A DNA stretch of 64,000 bases from an uncultured Verrucomicrobiae bacterium (GTDB lineage Bacteria; Verrucomicrobiota; Verrucomicrobiia; Limisphaerales; Palsa-1400). A program made the translations under genes and the position numbers. Below the pieces are notes generated by a model. It was given only the letters and a program-made list of their open reading frames with translations. It searched no databases and was not told the origin of the DNA. Shown one piece after another: positions 50,901 to 60,809 of the stretch (positions are counted from its first letter, which is position 1; every line of letters starts with the position of its first letter). The stretch covers positions 480,001 to 544,000 of the forward strand of contig CAVXRD010000004.1 of NCBI GenBank assembly GCA_963764165.1, read 5' to 3'.

Positions 50901-53900
50901 CGGCCGGCGGCAACATCTATTTTGCCAATTATACTTTTGCCGGCACCAACACGCTGGCCGGGCCCGCGAATTATGTGACAGGCAGCGCCACCTTTGCCGG
51001 CGCCATCGAAGGGACACTTGGGTGGGTTGGCGGCAGTTTATATGGTGTGTTGACGGTGGACAATGGGAGCGTTCTTAACATTTTGCCCGGAGGCGGCAAT
51101 GGTATGAACGGCCTTGCTTTGACTAACCTCGGAACCGTCAACTGGGGAAATACCACGCTTTACAGCTATTCTCCCAATAACGCGCACATTTATAATTACG
51201 GTGTCTGGACAGCACAGGCTGACAACGGTTTTCAGGGCGGTTACAACGGCGGAACAACGCCTTTTTACAACTTTGGCACCTTCACCAAGGCAGGCACCAG
51301 CGGCACCACAACATTGGACGGCAATGTCACGTTCAATAACACCGGGACCATCAACGCGCAGAGCGGCATTCTAAGTTTGGCTGGCAGCTACAGCCTTGCG
51401 GGCGGTGCGATGAACTTTGGCGTCAACGGCTCAAACACTTCTGGCATGGTAGCCCTTTCAGGCAATCCAGCCACGCTTGCCGGCGCGGTAAGCGCAATTT
51501 TCAACAATGGCTATGTGCCGGCGCTGGGCGATCAGTTTCCGATTCTCTCGTTCACTAGCTTAAATGGGGTGTTTTCAAATACGAATCTACCCGGGGGGAT
51601 CTCCATCTCCTACGGCAATGCCAGCGCCTCCCTGGTCGTCACGAGCGCCTTTGTGGGGCCAATCATTGCCTGGCTCCCGCCTGCCCCTGTCGTCTATGGG
51701 ACAGTGTTGGACTCGAACCAATTGAACGCCACTGCCAATGTTCCCGGCACGTTTGCTTATAATCCACCAGCGGGAGCGACCCTGCCCGCCGGACTTCAAA
51801 CGTTGTCCGTAGTTTTCAATCCCACCGACAATGTTAATTACAACGCGGCCACAAATACGGTCAGCCTGTCAGTCCTGCCGGCGCCATTAAGCATCACCGC
51901 AAACGATGTGTTTGTGCCTTACGGCTCAACAATTCCCGCCCTGACCGCGACGTATGCCGGATTTGTCAACGGCGAAACCGCTGCCGCGCTAAACGGCTCT
52001 CCGTCTCTGACGACGACAGCCACCGCGGGAAGTCCGGGGGGAGTTTACCCGATCACCGCCGCCCTTGGGACTATCAAAGATTTGAACTACACGTATGCCT
52101 TTCATCCGGGGACTCTAACCATCGAGGAAAGCCAATGTTTGCCGCCGCCCCCCGGGCTGGTCGCATGGTGGCCTGGAAATGGGAATGCCTCTGACGCAAC
52201 CGGAGAGGATGCAGGGATTTTGGAAGGGGGAGCGACATTCGCCAATGGGATAGCGGGACAAGGGTTTAGCTTCGACGGAACGGGGTACGTTGAGGTGGGT
52301 GACAAGTTGGATCTTAATATGTCCAATAGCTTTTCATTCGAGGGTTGGATTTACCCCACAGGAGCCGGCACCGGTGGGGCGACTGGGGGCATTATTATTA
52401 ACAAAGAAGACGAATATGAAGTCGCGCGCTTTGCCGACGGGCACATTAACTGGGCATTTGCAAATTCATCTCCTGGTTGGACCTGGATAGAGTCCAGCGC
52501 AGTCGCGCCGCTCAACGAATGGTCTCATGTTGCGGTTACGTATAACAACGGCCAAGTCAATACGTACCTGAACGGGTCTCTAGCTAGCAGTTACGATGGT
52601 GAAGGATCCATCGGCATTTATGCCGATCCTGGTATAACCAACGATTTTCGCATCGGAGGCCGGTCGGGTAATTCTGAATTTTTTGACGGATCAATTGATG
52701 AGGTTTCCATTTACAATGTCGCTCTGGCGGCGGATGAAATCGCCGCGATTTACACGGCTGGCTCCGCTGGCAAATGCCTCCCCAAGAATGACTGCGCCTA
52801 CCCGCCCCAAGGCTTAGTCTCGTGGTGGCAAGGCGACGGAAATGCCCTCGATCTTATCAGCCAAAATAACGGAACTCTGGAAACCGGCGTGACTTTCTCA
52901 CCGGGGGTCGTCGGCCAGGCCTTTGGCTTCAATGGTTCGACTGCGTGGGTCGATATTTCAAACAGCGCCTCTCTGAATCCAACCGGCCCGTTCAGCGTGG
53001 AGTTTTGGGTTAACGCCAGCCAAACCCAATCAGGCGACCATTTCCTTGTAGCAGACAAGTCCCATGGTTTTACTGACAGCAGCGGCTGGCTTTTCCAAGG
53101 CGTCTCCGCAAACGGAACGCTGTTTTTTGGCTACGGCATCGGCGGGAGCGGGTTCGACAATTTTCCCGGCGTCAGCACGATCAGAAGCGTCCTGGACGCA
53201 ACATGGCACCATGTTGCGGGGGTATGGACGGGAACGCAAATCCAACTCTATCTGGACGGAGTATTGCAGGGTTCGGTTAGCGAATCCACGCCGCCCGTAA
53301 ATAACACAAGAGATGTCGAATTTGGAAGCTCATGGGGTGGCGGGTCGCGCACCCGGTTCTTTAACGGGATGCTTGACGAAGTAAGTTACTACAACCGCGC
53401 TTTAACCTCGAACGACGTTGCCAGCATTTACAATGCTGGGAGTGCGGGCAAGTGCCTGCCGACAACGCTCACGATCACAGTCAACAGCACCAATATGACC
53501 TATGGCGGAACTGTGCCTCCGCTTTCACTAAGCTATAGTGGTTTTGTCAATGGCGACACGCCTTCTTCGCTTGCTGTCGCGCCTTCGCTTTCTACAACCG
53601 CTACGAGCACCAGCCACGCCGGAATCTATTCGATTATTGCCAGCGGCGCGGTTGATCCGAATTACAATATTGTTTATGTTCAGGGCACGCTCACCATTAA
53701 TCCCGCGCCGCTGACAATAACCGCCAATGACGCCACGAACATCTACGGACAAACCAGCCAGTTGCCGGGCACGGCCTTTACGAGTGTCGGATTGCTGAAT
53801 GGCGACACGATTCCCAGTGTGACGTTAATCAGCGCAGGCTCTCTTCCCACGGCGGGCGCGGGCACTTATTCGATTACACCGACGAACGCCGCCGGGCCGA

Positions 53901-56900
53901 GGGCGGCCAATTACAACATCACCTACGTCAACGGCACTCTGACAGTCAACCCTGCTGCCCTGACCATTTCCGCAAATAACGCGAGCAAGTATTTTGGAAG
54001 AACGCTCAATTTTGCTGGAACAGAGTTTGCGTCCGCAGGGTTGCAGAATGGAGACGTGATTCAATCCGTCACTCTGACCAGCGCAGGCGCGGCCGCTTCT
54101 GCTCCCGTGAACGGATCGCCATACCCGATATACGCAAGCGCGCCCATCGGCAGCGCATTTAATCCAGCCAATTACATCATTACCTATGAAAGTGGGTTGT
54201 TGACGGTCATTCCTGTTGGCGCCCCGCCGACGATTGTCTCCGTTTCACCCAGCGCTGGGCCAAATACGGGCAACTCGGTTGTAACAATTACTGGAACTGG
54301 CTTTGAAAATGGAGTTGGTGTGGCATTCGGCGCCGAACCCGCTTCGTTCGTCACTGTTCAAAGCTCGAATGTGCTGACCGTGGCAACGCCAGCCTCTCCG
54401 TCGGGGACAGTGGCGGTCACTGTCAATAATCCAGATGGAAACAGCGCGAGCGCCCCGGATGCTTTTGCTTTTGGAAACGCGCCCGCATTCACACTGCAGC
54501 CGGTCGATGCGACTGTTAATTTGGGTCAATCCGCGCAATTCCAGGTCGCCGCCACGGGCGATCCCACTCTCGCCTACCAGTGGCAATTTAACGGCGCTAA
54601 TCTTTTCGAAAGCAGCCTGACGGTTGGAACGAAAACACCCACTTTGACGGTCAACAATGTGGGGCCCGGAGATGTAGGGTATTTTCGCTGCGTGGTCACC
54701 AATTTGTACGCAAGAGTCGCCACGACCTCGGCCGTGCTCAACGTTATCGTCCCGCCATCCTCAGTTGCCGTCACGCCTCCTAACATTTCGATTGGGGCGG
54801 GCGGGACCGCCAGTTATACAGCAACGGCAAACGGCACGGGGCCATTAGCTTATTTGTGGTATCAGAACGGCAGCCTCATTCCCGGCCAGAACAGTTCTGT
54901 TTTGACAATTTCGAGCGCGCAGGCGAGCGCCAGCTATACGGTCGTCGTCTCGAATGCAGCCGGTTCAGTTGCCAGTTCGCCTGTCACATTGACGCTTCTT
55001 GGCTATTGCCCGAGCGTCCAGGTGGCGCAAACAGTGTATCCAGAAGGAACAGTCGTCATTCCACTTAGCGTCAAGACATTCGACTGCCAGACGAGCGCCG
55101 CCGTGCCGAATGCGACCGTTGACGTATGGATTTACACCGGAGGGACCAGCCGCGCGCTGCCCGTCACGACGGATGCGTCCGGAAATGGGACCGCGTATTT
55201 TTATCCACTCCCCATTGAAGTCGGCTTGTGCCAATATGCTGTGGCGCTGCCAGGCGTCACGCCTGCTTCAATCGCCGGATCATTCACGCTGATCGGTATG
55301 AATTTGAGCGCGCAATCTGAATCGGCCCATTTGAATGTTGGATTCCCGCAAACCAACACGGTGCTGCTGCAAAATCTAACCGCAGTGCCACTGACCGGCA
55401 TTACAGCGTCGGTCGTGGGGGCGCCCTCGGACCTTAATGTGCAAGTCAGCGCGCCCGGGTCAGTGGCCGGGAACGGAACGGTGGAAGTTACCTATATCAT
55501 AGAAGCTACCGGCAACTCGCCAGCGCAAGCGCAATTCTCTATTCAGTTTGCAAGTGTTGAAGGCGCTACAGCCACCCTGCCCTTCTACGCCTATATGCCG
55601 GCGCCGATGGCTCAATTGGCCGCCATGCCTGACTCGCTCGTGGGAACGATGATTGAAGGGAACCAGACATTGGTAGTGTTCACGCTGACCAACGCCGGCG
55701 CCGCCGCAACGGGGCCGCTGCAGGTCAGCATTCCGAACGTGCCGTGGCTGTCTGTGGTGACAGTCCAGCCTATCCCGTCGCTCGCACCTGGCCAAGGCTG
55801 CCAGATCATGCTGGCTCTGACACCGACCAACGGCCAGGGGCTGGGCGAGTATCCGGGCGAGCTCGTCGTCCAAGGCTCCAACTCCTTTGTAACCGTTCCA
55901 TTTGTCTTCACCGCCGTTTCGACGCTGGTGGGCAATCTTGTTGTGACGGTGCAGGACGAACTGAGTGTTTATGGCGCAGGCCAGCCGAATCTGGCGGGCG
56001 CCACCGTGGCGGTGAGCGATTTTCTGACTGGAACAAATGTGGCCAGTCAAATAACTGGTTCCAATGGGATTGTGACATTCAGCAATCTGACTTCGGCCTA
56101 TTACAATGTCTCAGTGCAAGCGTTCGACCACGGGAGTTTCAAGACCACGCTGTTGGTTGCGGCGAACACAAATACGCCGGTGACCGCGTTCCTGCCCTTG
56201 CAATTGGTCAATTACACTTGGACCGTCACGCCAACGACGTTTACCGATTCCTACGACTTTACCCTTACCACAGTCTTCGTGACCGAAGTTCCATGGCCTG
56301 TCATCACCGTGAGTCCCGGTGCGATCAATTTGTGCAATATGTCGGAAGGCGGCAATCAGGTTGATTTGGTGATTACGAATGCTGGATTGATCGCGGCTGA
56401 AGGTCTGCAGCTCGCGATTGATGACTCGAATACGAACTGGTCTATCGTGGCTCTGGTGACAAATCTGGGCAATCTCGAAGCTCAGTCCAGCATTGCCATA
56501 CCGGTTGTGATAACACAAATCAGATCCAATACGGATGCAAGCGTGCCAACCAGCATTCCCGCCAGCGTCAATTGGTATGTGGCGGCCTTGAATGGAACCG
56601 AGTACAACAGCACGCCCATTTTCATCTACAACGCCAATCCGCTGAATTGCGACCCGGTTGTGGGAAGCAGCACGCCGGTAACCGGAGGCATCGGGGGTGG
56701 AGGCGGCGGCGGCGGCGGCGGTGGCGGCGGTGGTGGGATCTACGGCGCTGGAATCGGCGGTGGCGGCGGAGCTGGTTCAAGCCCCGGCCAGCCGGTCATC
56801 TCGCAGCCTAATTACAACTTTCCGCCGCCAGCCAATGGCGCTGTGGTCTCGGTCACGCTCCAAATCGACCAGACGGCCGTCATTGAGGCGAACGGGTTCC

Positions 56901-59248
56901 ATGCCACGCTCAATCTGGCCAACAGCTCCGGCGCGGAAGTCACCGACCTCAAAGTGACAATCAACCCGCAAAATCCCGATCACACGGCTGCGCCCGATGC
57001 GTTCTTTATCCAGACGCCCATGTTAACTGGCGTGAGCGGGGTCGATGGCAGCGGCTCGCTGGCCGATGGCGCGTCAGCCCAAGCCAGTTGGCTGATCATT
57101 CCAACCACCAATGCGGCTCCGAATGGATCGACCACTTACGCCATTGGAGGAAACATTTCCTATTCGATCAATGGCGAACAAGTGAATATTCCTCTATTCG
57201 CCGTGCCCATCACAGTGCTGCCGGAGCCGAAGTTATATCTCGATTACTTCCTGCAGCACGATGTTTACAGCCAGGATCCGTTCACGACCGTTATTGAGCC
57301 CCCTATTCCTTTTGCCTTGGGACTTCGCGTCCGCAATCTAGGATTGGGAATCGCCAATGACTTCACCATCACCTCAGCGCAACCCAAGATTATCAACAAC
57401 GCGAATGGACTGCTCATCAGCTTTCAGATTATCTCCTCGGATGTTGGCACCAACATGACACCGGTGCCGTCGCTGACGCTGGACATGGGAGACATTGACC
57501 CGGGCACAAACGTGGTTGGAATTTGGTGGCTGACCGCATCATTGGAAGGCGACTTCACCAACTTCCAAGCCACCTTCCAGCATAGCGATGCCTTGGGAGG
57601 ATTGGAAACGTCTCTTGTCAACAGCGTCAAGATCCATGAAATGAATCACGTCGTGGAAATCACCTACCCAAGTGATGATGGCATCCCTGATTTTCTTTGC
57701 AACGACACCACCCATGTAGACGCCCTCCCCAATGACGTCTACTCGAGCGACGGGAACGTCTATCCGGTGACACCGCTCACAGGCGCGGTGGCGACTGGGT
57801 CAGCAGAAACTGTCGGTTCCTCCATTACTGTCAGCGATGTGGCGGATTTCATTCCCACTGGGTTTGTCTATTTCGAGGTGCATGATCCCTCGGAAGGCCA
57901 GTTTGCCATCACCAGCGTTGTTCGTTCGGATGGCACCCAATTGCTTGTCGGGCCGAATGTCTGGCAGACTCCTTATCGGCCCAACATGGTGCCGCCGCAG
58001 CTCAGCAATTTGATCCACATTTTCGATTCCAATTCCACGGGGTCGTACACGATCACTTACGGCCTCACAACCGCAAAACCCATTGCCACGACCCTGGCGG
58101 CGAGGAATGTCACCTCGACGAGCGCGACGTTAGACTCCCAGGTAAATCCGGAAAGCGGCACAACGGAGGTTCATTTCCAATGGGGCTTGACTACAAATTA
58201 CACCGCAGCCACCGCGACCGAAACATTGTCGGGAAATCTGGGATCGGAGCAAGAGGTGACCGCATTCATCAATGGATTGCCGCCGGGCGTCACCATAAAT
58301 TACCAAGTGGTGGCGGCCAACAGCGCCGGGACAACCTACGGCTCCAACCTAACATTTACGACGCCATCGCTGCCGCCGCTTGAGATCGCGCAGGTTACTC
58401 CGCAATTCGCGACTGTCGGGCAAAATCTTGTGATTTCCAACACGGTGATTGCGGCCTTCCCGCCGGTTACGTTTAGCTTGGCCGCCTCCGCGCCTGCCGG
58501 CGCCGCCATTACAACTAACGGCGTCTTTAGCTGGAGCCCGACGTGTGAGCAAGGAAGCTCGTCGAACGAAATCACCATCTGGGTAACCGACAGCAGCGTT
58601 CCGCCATTGAGCAACTCGATGACATTTGCCGTGACGGTGAGCGAATGTGTTGAATTGGCCATTGGGTCGTCCGCCGCTCAAGTCGGGCAGCCAGGCACAG
58701 TTTCACTGGCGCTTTTCTCCACCGTCGGTTTGACCAATCTCACCTTTGGCATCGTGACCTCGCCGAACCGCCTTGGAGATTGGACGTTCACTTCGGGCAA
58801 CGCATCGGTTGAGGCTGGAATAGTCCAGACCGCCGGCACGTATCCGACATTCACGTTGCTTGCGGAGGCTGGAAAGACCCTGCAAAGCCCAGCCTTGCTG
58901 GGAACCATCGGTTTTACCCCGCTCCCGGGCGATTCGGGTTTTGTCTCGGTGGCAGTAACGAACGTTGTTGGCGCGAAGGCAAGCGGCGGCACGGCTGGGA
59001 GTGTCAACAGTTCACCGGGTCAGGTGGTGATCGTGGGATTGCATCCGCTTCTCGTGGCCGCCTTGCAATCGAACACAAATCGAACGCTGACGCTCTACGG
59101 CAACACGGGATCCAATTACCAACTCGGCTTCAGCACCAATCTGGCTTCCACAAATTGGCAATCTGCTGGAACGATTGTTATGACCAACCTCCAGCAAAAT
59201 CTAAATGTCGACCAGTCGACGCCGCACATCTTCTATCGCATCCAGTAG
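47930..59248 (+). CDS. Giant surface protein (3772 aa): beta-helix-like repeats, MBG, 2x LamG, IPT/TIG, Ig, poly-Gly linker, Fn3/cohesin-like, C-terminal FYRI module
   Basis: Signal peptide; WSHVAVTY/WHHVAGVW...FxGxxDEV (LamG); LTITAND...YG (MBG); YQWQFNG (Ig). Confidence 0.92.
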   Translation: MNQPPSFRASIVMLLAFLALAVEPANADTVSWVNTTGGNWSLGANWSTGQAPGPGDTAIIDAPGTYNVTLDTGVTIAGLVVGSSGGTGTQTLLTGSQTFTVNGGIQVYANGQFYVNGGAFAGTSVLTGTMTWSGGDMDCNLTVTTNSVFNIAPGGGNAMKGFVLTNFGTVNWGYTTIYSFAPYNAQIYNYGLWQAQNDNGFAGGYQGGTTLFNNYGTFLKSGTSGTSTLDGAVVFNNTGTIAVQSGTLAIQGGGDSANSSCSVETNAVLLVENMELSGSTTITGGGVAELGGTTTINGVLSAPNVALVNGSLSGTNVFTGTLTWSGGDMDCNLTVSTNSVFNIAQGGGDAMKGFVLTNFGTVNWGYATIYSFAPYNAQIYNYGLWQAQNDNDFAGGYQGGTTLFNNYGTFLKSGTSGTSTLDGAVVFNNTGTIAVQSGTLAIQRGGVGTNSSFSAATNAVLLVENMELSGCTTITGGGVAELGGTTTINGVLTAPNVALVNGSLSGTNIFTGTLTWSGGDMDCNLTVSTNSVFNIAPGGGDAMKGFVLTNFGTVNWGYATIYSFAPYNAQIYNYGLWQAQNDNGFAGGYQGGTTLFNNYGTFLKSGTSGTSTLDGAVAFNNLGTVTVESGSLNLTTGSGAGAIFQTDGGAIIRFANFAFTNQNLFSGTGNYLVGNTTFGGVISGSLNWAGGNVSGGLTVASNSALNILPGGGNSMVGLLLTNFGTVNWGSTTLYCVAPNNAQIYNYGVWFAQADNEFAGGYNGGTTPFYNFGVFLKSGTAGTTTLDGALVFKNTGMAIVQSGTLAINSGAGTGGHFSTVGGGNIYFANYTFAGTNTLAGPASYLIGDATFAGTIEGTLGWVGGSLYGVMTVDTGSVLSILPGGGNAMRGLTLTNLGTVNWGSTTLYSAAPNNAFIYNYGVWTAQADNGFEGGYNGGTTPFYNFGTFSKSGTTGTTTLDGAVVFNNTGTAIAQSGVLAVNSGTGFGGNFSTAAGGNIYFANYTFAGTNTLAGPANYVTGSATFAGAIEGTLGWVGGSLYGVLTVDNGSVLNILPGGGNGMNGLALTNLGTVNWGNTTLYSYSPNNAHIYNYGVWTAQADNGFQGGYNGGTTPFYNFGTFTKAGTSGTTTLDGNVTFNNTGTINAQSGILSLAGSYSLAGGAMNFGVNGSNTSGMVALSGNPATLAGAVSAIFNNGYVPALGDQFPILSFTSLNGVFSNTNLPGGISISYGNASASLVVTSAFVGPIIAWLPPAPVVYGTVLDSNQLNATANVPGTFAYNPPAGATLPAGLQTLSVVFNPTDNVNYNAATNTVSLSVLPAPLSITANDVFVPYGSTIPALTATYAGFVNGETAAALNGSPSLTTTATAGSPGGVYPITAALGTIKDLNYTYAFHPGTLTIEESQCLPPPPGLVAWWPGNGNASDATGEDAGILEGGATFANGIAGQGFSFDGTGYVEVGDKLDLNMSNSFSFEGWIYPTGAGTGGATGGIIINKEDEYEVARFADGHINWAFANSSPGWTWIESSAVAPLNEWSHVAVTYNNGQVNTYLNGSLASSYDGEGSIGIYADPGITNDFRIGGRSGNSEFFDGSIDEVSIYNVALAADEIAAIYTAGSAGKCLPKNDCAYPPQGLVSWWQGDGNALDLISQNNGTLETGVTFSPGVVGQAFGFNGSTAWVDISNSASLNPTGPFSVEFWVNASQTQSGDHFLVADKSHGFTDSSGWLFQGVSANGTLFFGYGIGGSGFDNFPGVSTIRSVLDATWHHVAGVWTGTQIQLYLDGVLQGSVSESTPPVNNTRDVEFGSSWGGGSRTRFFNGMLDEVSYYNRALTSNDVASIYNAGSAGKCLPTTLTITVNSTNMTYGGTVPPLSLSYSGFVNGDTPSSLAVAPSLSTTATSTSHAGIYSIIASGAVDPNYNIVYVQGTLTINPAPLTITANDATNIYGQTSQLPGTAFTSVGLLNGDTIPSVTLISAGSLPTAGAGTYSITPTNAAGPRAANYNITYVNGTLTVNPAALTISANNASKYFGRTLNFAGTEFASAGLQNGDVIQSVTLTSAGAAASAPVNGSPYPIYASAPIGSAFNPANYIITYESGLLTVIPVGAPPTIVSVSPSAGPNTGNSVVTITGTGFENGVGVAFGAEPASFVTVQSSNVLTVATPASPSGTVAVTVNNPDGNSASAPDAFAFGNAPAFTLQPVDATVNLGQSAQFQVAATGDPTLAYQWQFNGANLFESSLTVGTKTPTLTVNNVGPGDVGYFRCVVTNLYARVATTSAVLNVIVPPSSVAVTPPNISIGAGGTASYTATANGTGPLAYLWYQNGSLIPGQNSSVLTISSAQASASYTVVVSNAAGSVASSPVTLTLLGYCPSVQVAQTVYPEGTVVIPLSVKTFDCQTSAAVPNATVDVWIYTGGTSRALPVTTDASGNGTAYFYPLPIEVGLCQYAVALPGVTPASIAGSFTLIGMNLSAQSESAHLNVGFPQTNTVLLQNLTAVPLTGITASVVGAPSDLNVQVSAPGSVAGNGTVEVTYIIEATGNSPAQAQFSIQFASVEGATATLPFYAYMPAPMAQLAAMPDSLVGTMIEGNQTLVVFTLTNAGAAATGPLQVSIPNVPWLSVVTVQPIPSLAPGQGCQIMLALTPTNGQGLGEYPGELVVQGSNSFVTVPFVFTAVSTLVGNLVVTVQDELSVYGAGQPNLAGATVAVSDFLTGTNVASQITGSNGIVTFSNLTSAYYNVSVQAFDHGSFKTTLLVAANTNTPVTAFLPLQLVNYTWTVTPTTFTDSYDFTLTTVFVTEVPWPVITVSPGAINLCNMSEGGNQVDLVITNAGLIAAEGLQLAIDDSNTNWSIVALVTNLGNLEAQSSIAIPVVITQIRSNTDASVPTSIPASVNWYVAALNGTEYNSTPIFIYNANPLNCDPVVGSSTPVTGGIGGGGGGGGGGGGGGGIYGAGIGGGGGAGSSPGQPVISQPNYNFPPPANGAVVSVTLQIDQTAVIEANGFHATLNLANSSGAEVTDLKVTINPQNPDHTAAPDAFFIQTPMLTGVSGVDGSGSLADGASAQASWLIIPTTNAAPNGSTTYAIGGNISYSINGEQVNIPLFAVPITVLPEPKLYLDYFLQHDVYSQDPFTTVIEPPIPFALGLRVRNLGLGIANDFTITSAQPKIINNANGLLISFQIISSDVGTNMTPVPSLTLDMGDIDPGTNVVGIWWLTASLEGDFTNFQATFQHSDALGGLETSLVNSVKIHEMNHVVEITYPSDDGIPDFLCNDTTHVDALPNDVYSSDGNVYPVTPLTGAVATGSAETVGSSITVSDVADFIPTGFVYFEVHDPSEGQFAITSVVRSDGTQLLVGPNVWQTPYRPNMVPPQLSNLIHIFDSNSTGSYTITYGLTTAKPIATTLAARNVTSTSATLDSQVNPESGTTEVHFQWGLTTNYTAATATETLSGNLGSEQEVTAFINGLPPGVTINYQVVAANSAGTTYGSNLTFTTPSLPPLEIAQVTPQFATVGQNLVISNTVIAAFPPVTFSLAASAPAGAAITTNGVFSWSPTCEQGSSSNEITIWVTDSSVPPLSNSMTFAVTVSECVELAIGSSAAQVGQPGTVSLALFSTVGLTNLTFGIVTSPNRLGDWTFTSGNASVEAGIVQTAGTYPTFTLLAEAGKTLQSPALLGTIGFTPLPGDSGFVSVAVTNVVGAKASGGTAGSVNSSPGQVVIVGLHPLLVAALQSNTNRTLTLYGNTGSNYQLGFSTNLASTNWQSAGTIVMTNLQQNLNVDQSTPHIFYRIQ
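48310..49790 (+). repeat. Intragenic near-identical tandem repeat, 576-bp period (about 2.6 copies)
   Basis: ATGGATTGCAATCTGAC at 48338, 48914 and 49490. Confidence 0.9.
50000..51350 (+). repeat. Second intragenic repeat series, about 516-bp period, more diverged
   Basis: GGNIYFANYTFAGTNTLAGP twice; GGYNGGTTPFYNFG three times. Confidence 0.8.
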
Positions 59249-59589
59249 ATTCGACTTTGCCGAGGCGAGGCAGGGGCGCTTCGCCCGGGCGTTCCTGTCT
59301 GTTTTCATGCCGTCCCACAATCCCAAAGGGAGAATGGCGCTTACTTAAGCGCAAAGCCGAGATATGCAAAGATTTGGGAAGGGCCATTCCGAGCGCGGTT
59401 AGGCGCGGCGCGGCACATTTGGACCGGCACGCGGAGCGCGACAAGTTGACCGATGCCGCTCCTACGGAGCAACGGGCATTGTTTGGCTTTGCCTACAGAT
59501 ATTCCGTGCCTCGGCGCCAAGAATCGATTGGTTCTTTGACGATTTCGGTGGAATAGCAGTGCAAAATTTCATTCATTTCGGCCAGGAAA

Positions 59590-59753
59590 CTCTGCGCCCT
59601 CGGCGTCTCTGCGCGCGATTGCCTTTAATGCCACGATCAAAAGCAACTCGTTCTTATCTTGGTCTGAAACGAATCAAGGACGGCATCACCATTATCGACA
59701 ACGGCCTGCAAGAGGGAAAAGAACTATCGCGCAGAGAAGATGAGTGCGCAGAG
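59590..59753. repeat. REP-like CTCTGCG/CGCAGAG palindrome
   Basis: Arms at 59590-59618 and 59727-59753; matches 21797-21882 in inverted orientation. Confidence 0.75.
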
Positions 59754-59859
59754 GAACAAAAAGACAACCATGCACTCCACTGAAAAACAGAGAAGAACCA
59801 TTGAACGGGTGCCGTGACACGCTTTTCACCGTCTGCTCACACCGAGACCGACAAACTCG

Positions 59860-60717
59860 TCATTGCCAAAGGTTGTTGGGGTACATCGTATTCCACAGTT
59901 GGTGGAGGTCTTTGTCATTGAGAGTTGTCGTCGCGAAAGGATCAGAGGAGGTATTTACCCTGATGTTCTGGGTGGTGGCCATGAGCCATTTCATCTTGGC
60001 CGCGTGGCCATCGGCGTACGATAGCTGCCCAAAATTGCCATGCCTGCTGCTCGGCACGTTCCGCCAGCCGGGGCCGAAGCTTGTCTCATCCAAGGCGAAA
60101 TAACCGTCGTCGATGCTGCACGTGCCTGGATTGGGCGAGGCCTGTTCCTCGATGAAAAGCGAGGCCGCCGCTGGGCCGGGATTGATAGTGCTCTGGAACC
60201 TCAAAACCGCGGGCGTTGTATGCACCCCCTGAATGGTTCCGTTGTCTCCCATCATGCAACTCATTGAGTAACTGCGATTGCGAAAGCCAACAACAACCTT
60301 GTCCTGGTCGGAAGGGCAGCGATATATCCCGTAGGATTTATTGTAAGGCCAAATCATGGCCTCCGTGATATTGAGCATGTTGGTCACGCCATCGTAACCG
60401 CTCCGCCCGCTGACATCTCCCGAAACCCATGTGTTGGTTTCCCGAATGTCGGTCGTATCATCGCCTGGATTGCTGTTCGGAGGAATATAATCGCGATTGT
60501 CCGCGGCGTAGAGGTGGGCGGCCACCGTGAGTTCCTTTAAATTATTGATGCAACTTGTTGCATTAGCCGTGTCCTTGGCTTTGCTCAAAGCGGGCAGCAA
60601 CAATGCCGCCAAAATAGCAATGATCGCGATCACCACCAATAGTTCTATGAGCGTAAAGCCGCAGTGGCTTCGACCGTCTTGCTGCTGGTTGTTTTGCAAT
60701 CTGCTCGCGGTTTTCAT
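59860..60717 (-). CDS. Prepilin-type N-terminal cleavage/methylation protein, H-X9-DG
   Basis: [41 protein letters not shown]. Confidence 0.92.
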   Translation of the reverse strand: MKTASRLQNNQQQDGRSHCGFTLIELLVVIAIIAILAALLLPALSKAKDTANATSCINNLKELTVAAHLYAADNRDYIPPNSNPGDDTTDIRETNTWVSGDVSGRSGYDGVTNMLNITEAMIWPYNKSYGIYRCPSDQDKVVVGFRNRSYSMSCMMGDNGTIQGVHTTPAVLRFQSTINPGPAAASLFIEEQASPNPGTCSIDDGYFALDETSFGPGWRNVPSSRHGNFGQLSYADGHAAKMKWLMATTQNIRVNTSSDPFATTTLNDKDLHQLWNTMYPNNLWQ

Positions 60718-60809
60718 TTGAATAGCTTTTTCAACTAGTTTGCCCGGGGACTTTTGCCCCCGGGCATTTAACATTAACATCAATCTTTCGTCAACTTAGA
60801 ACCCTTTGA

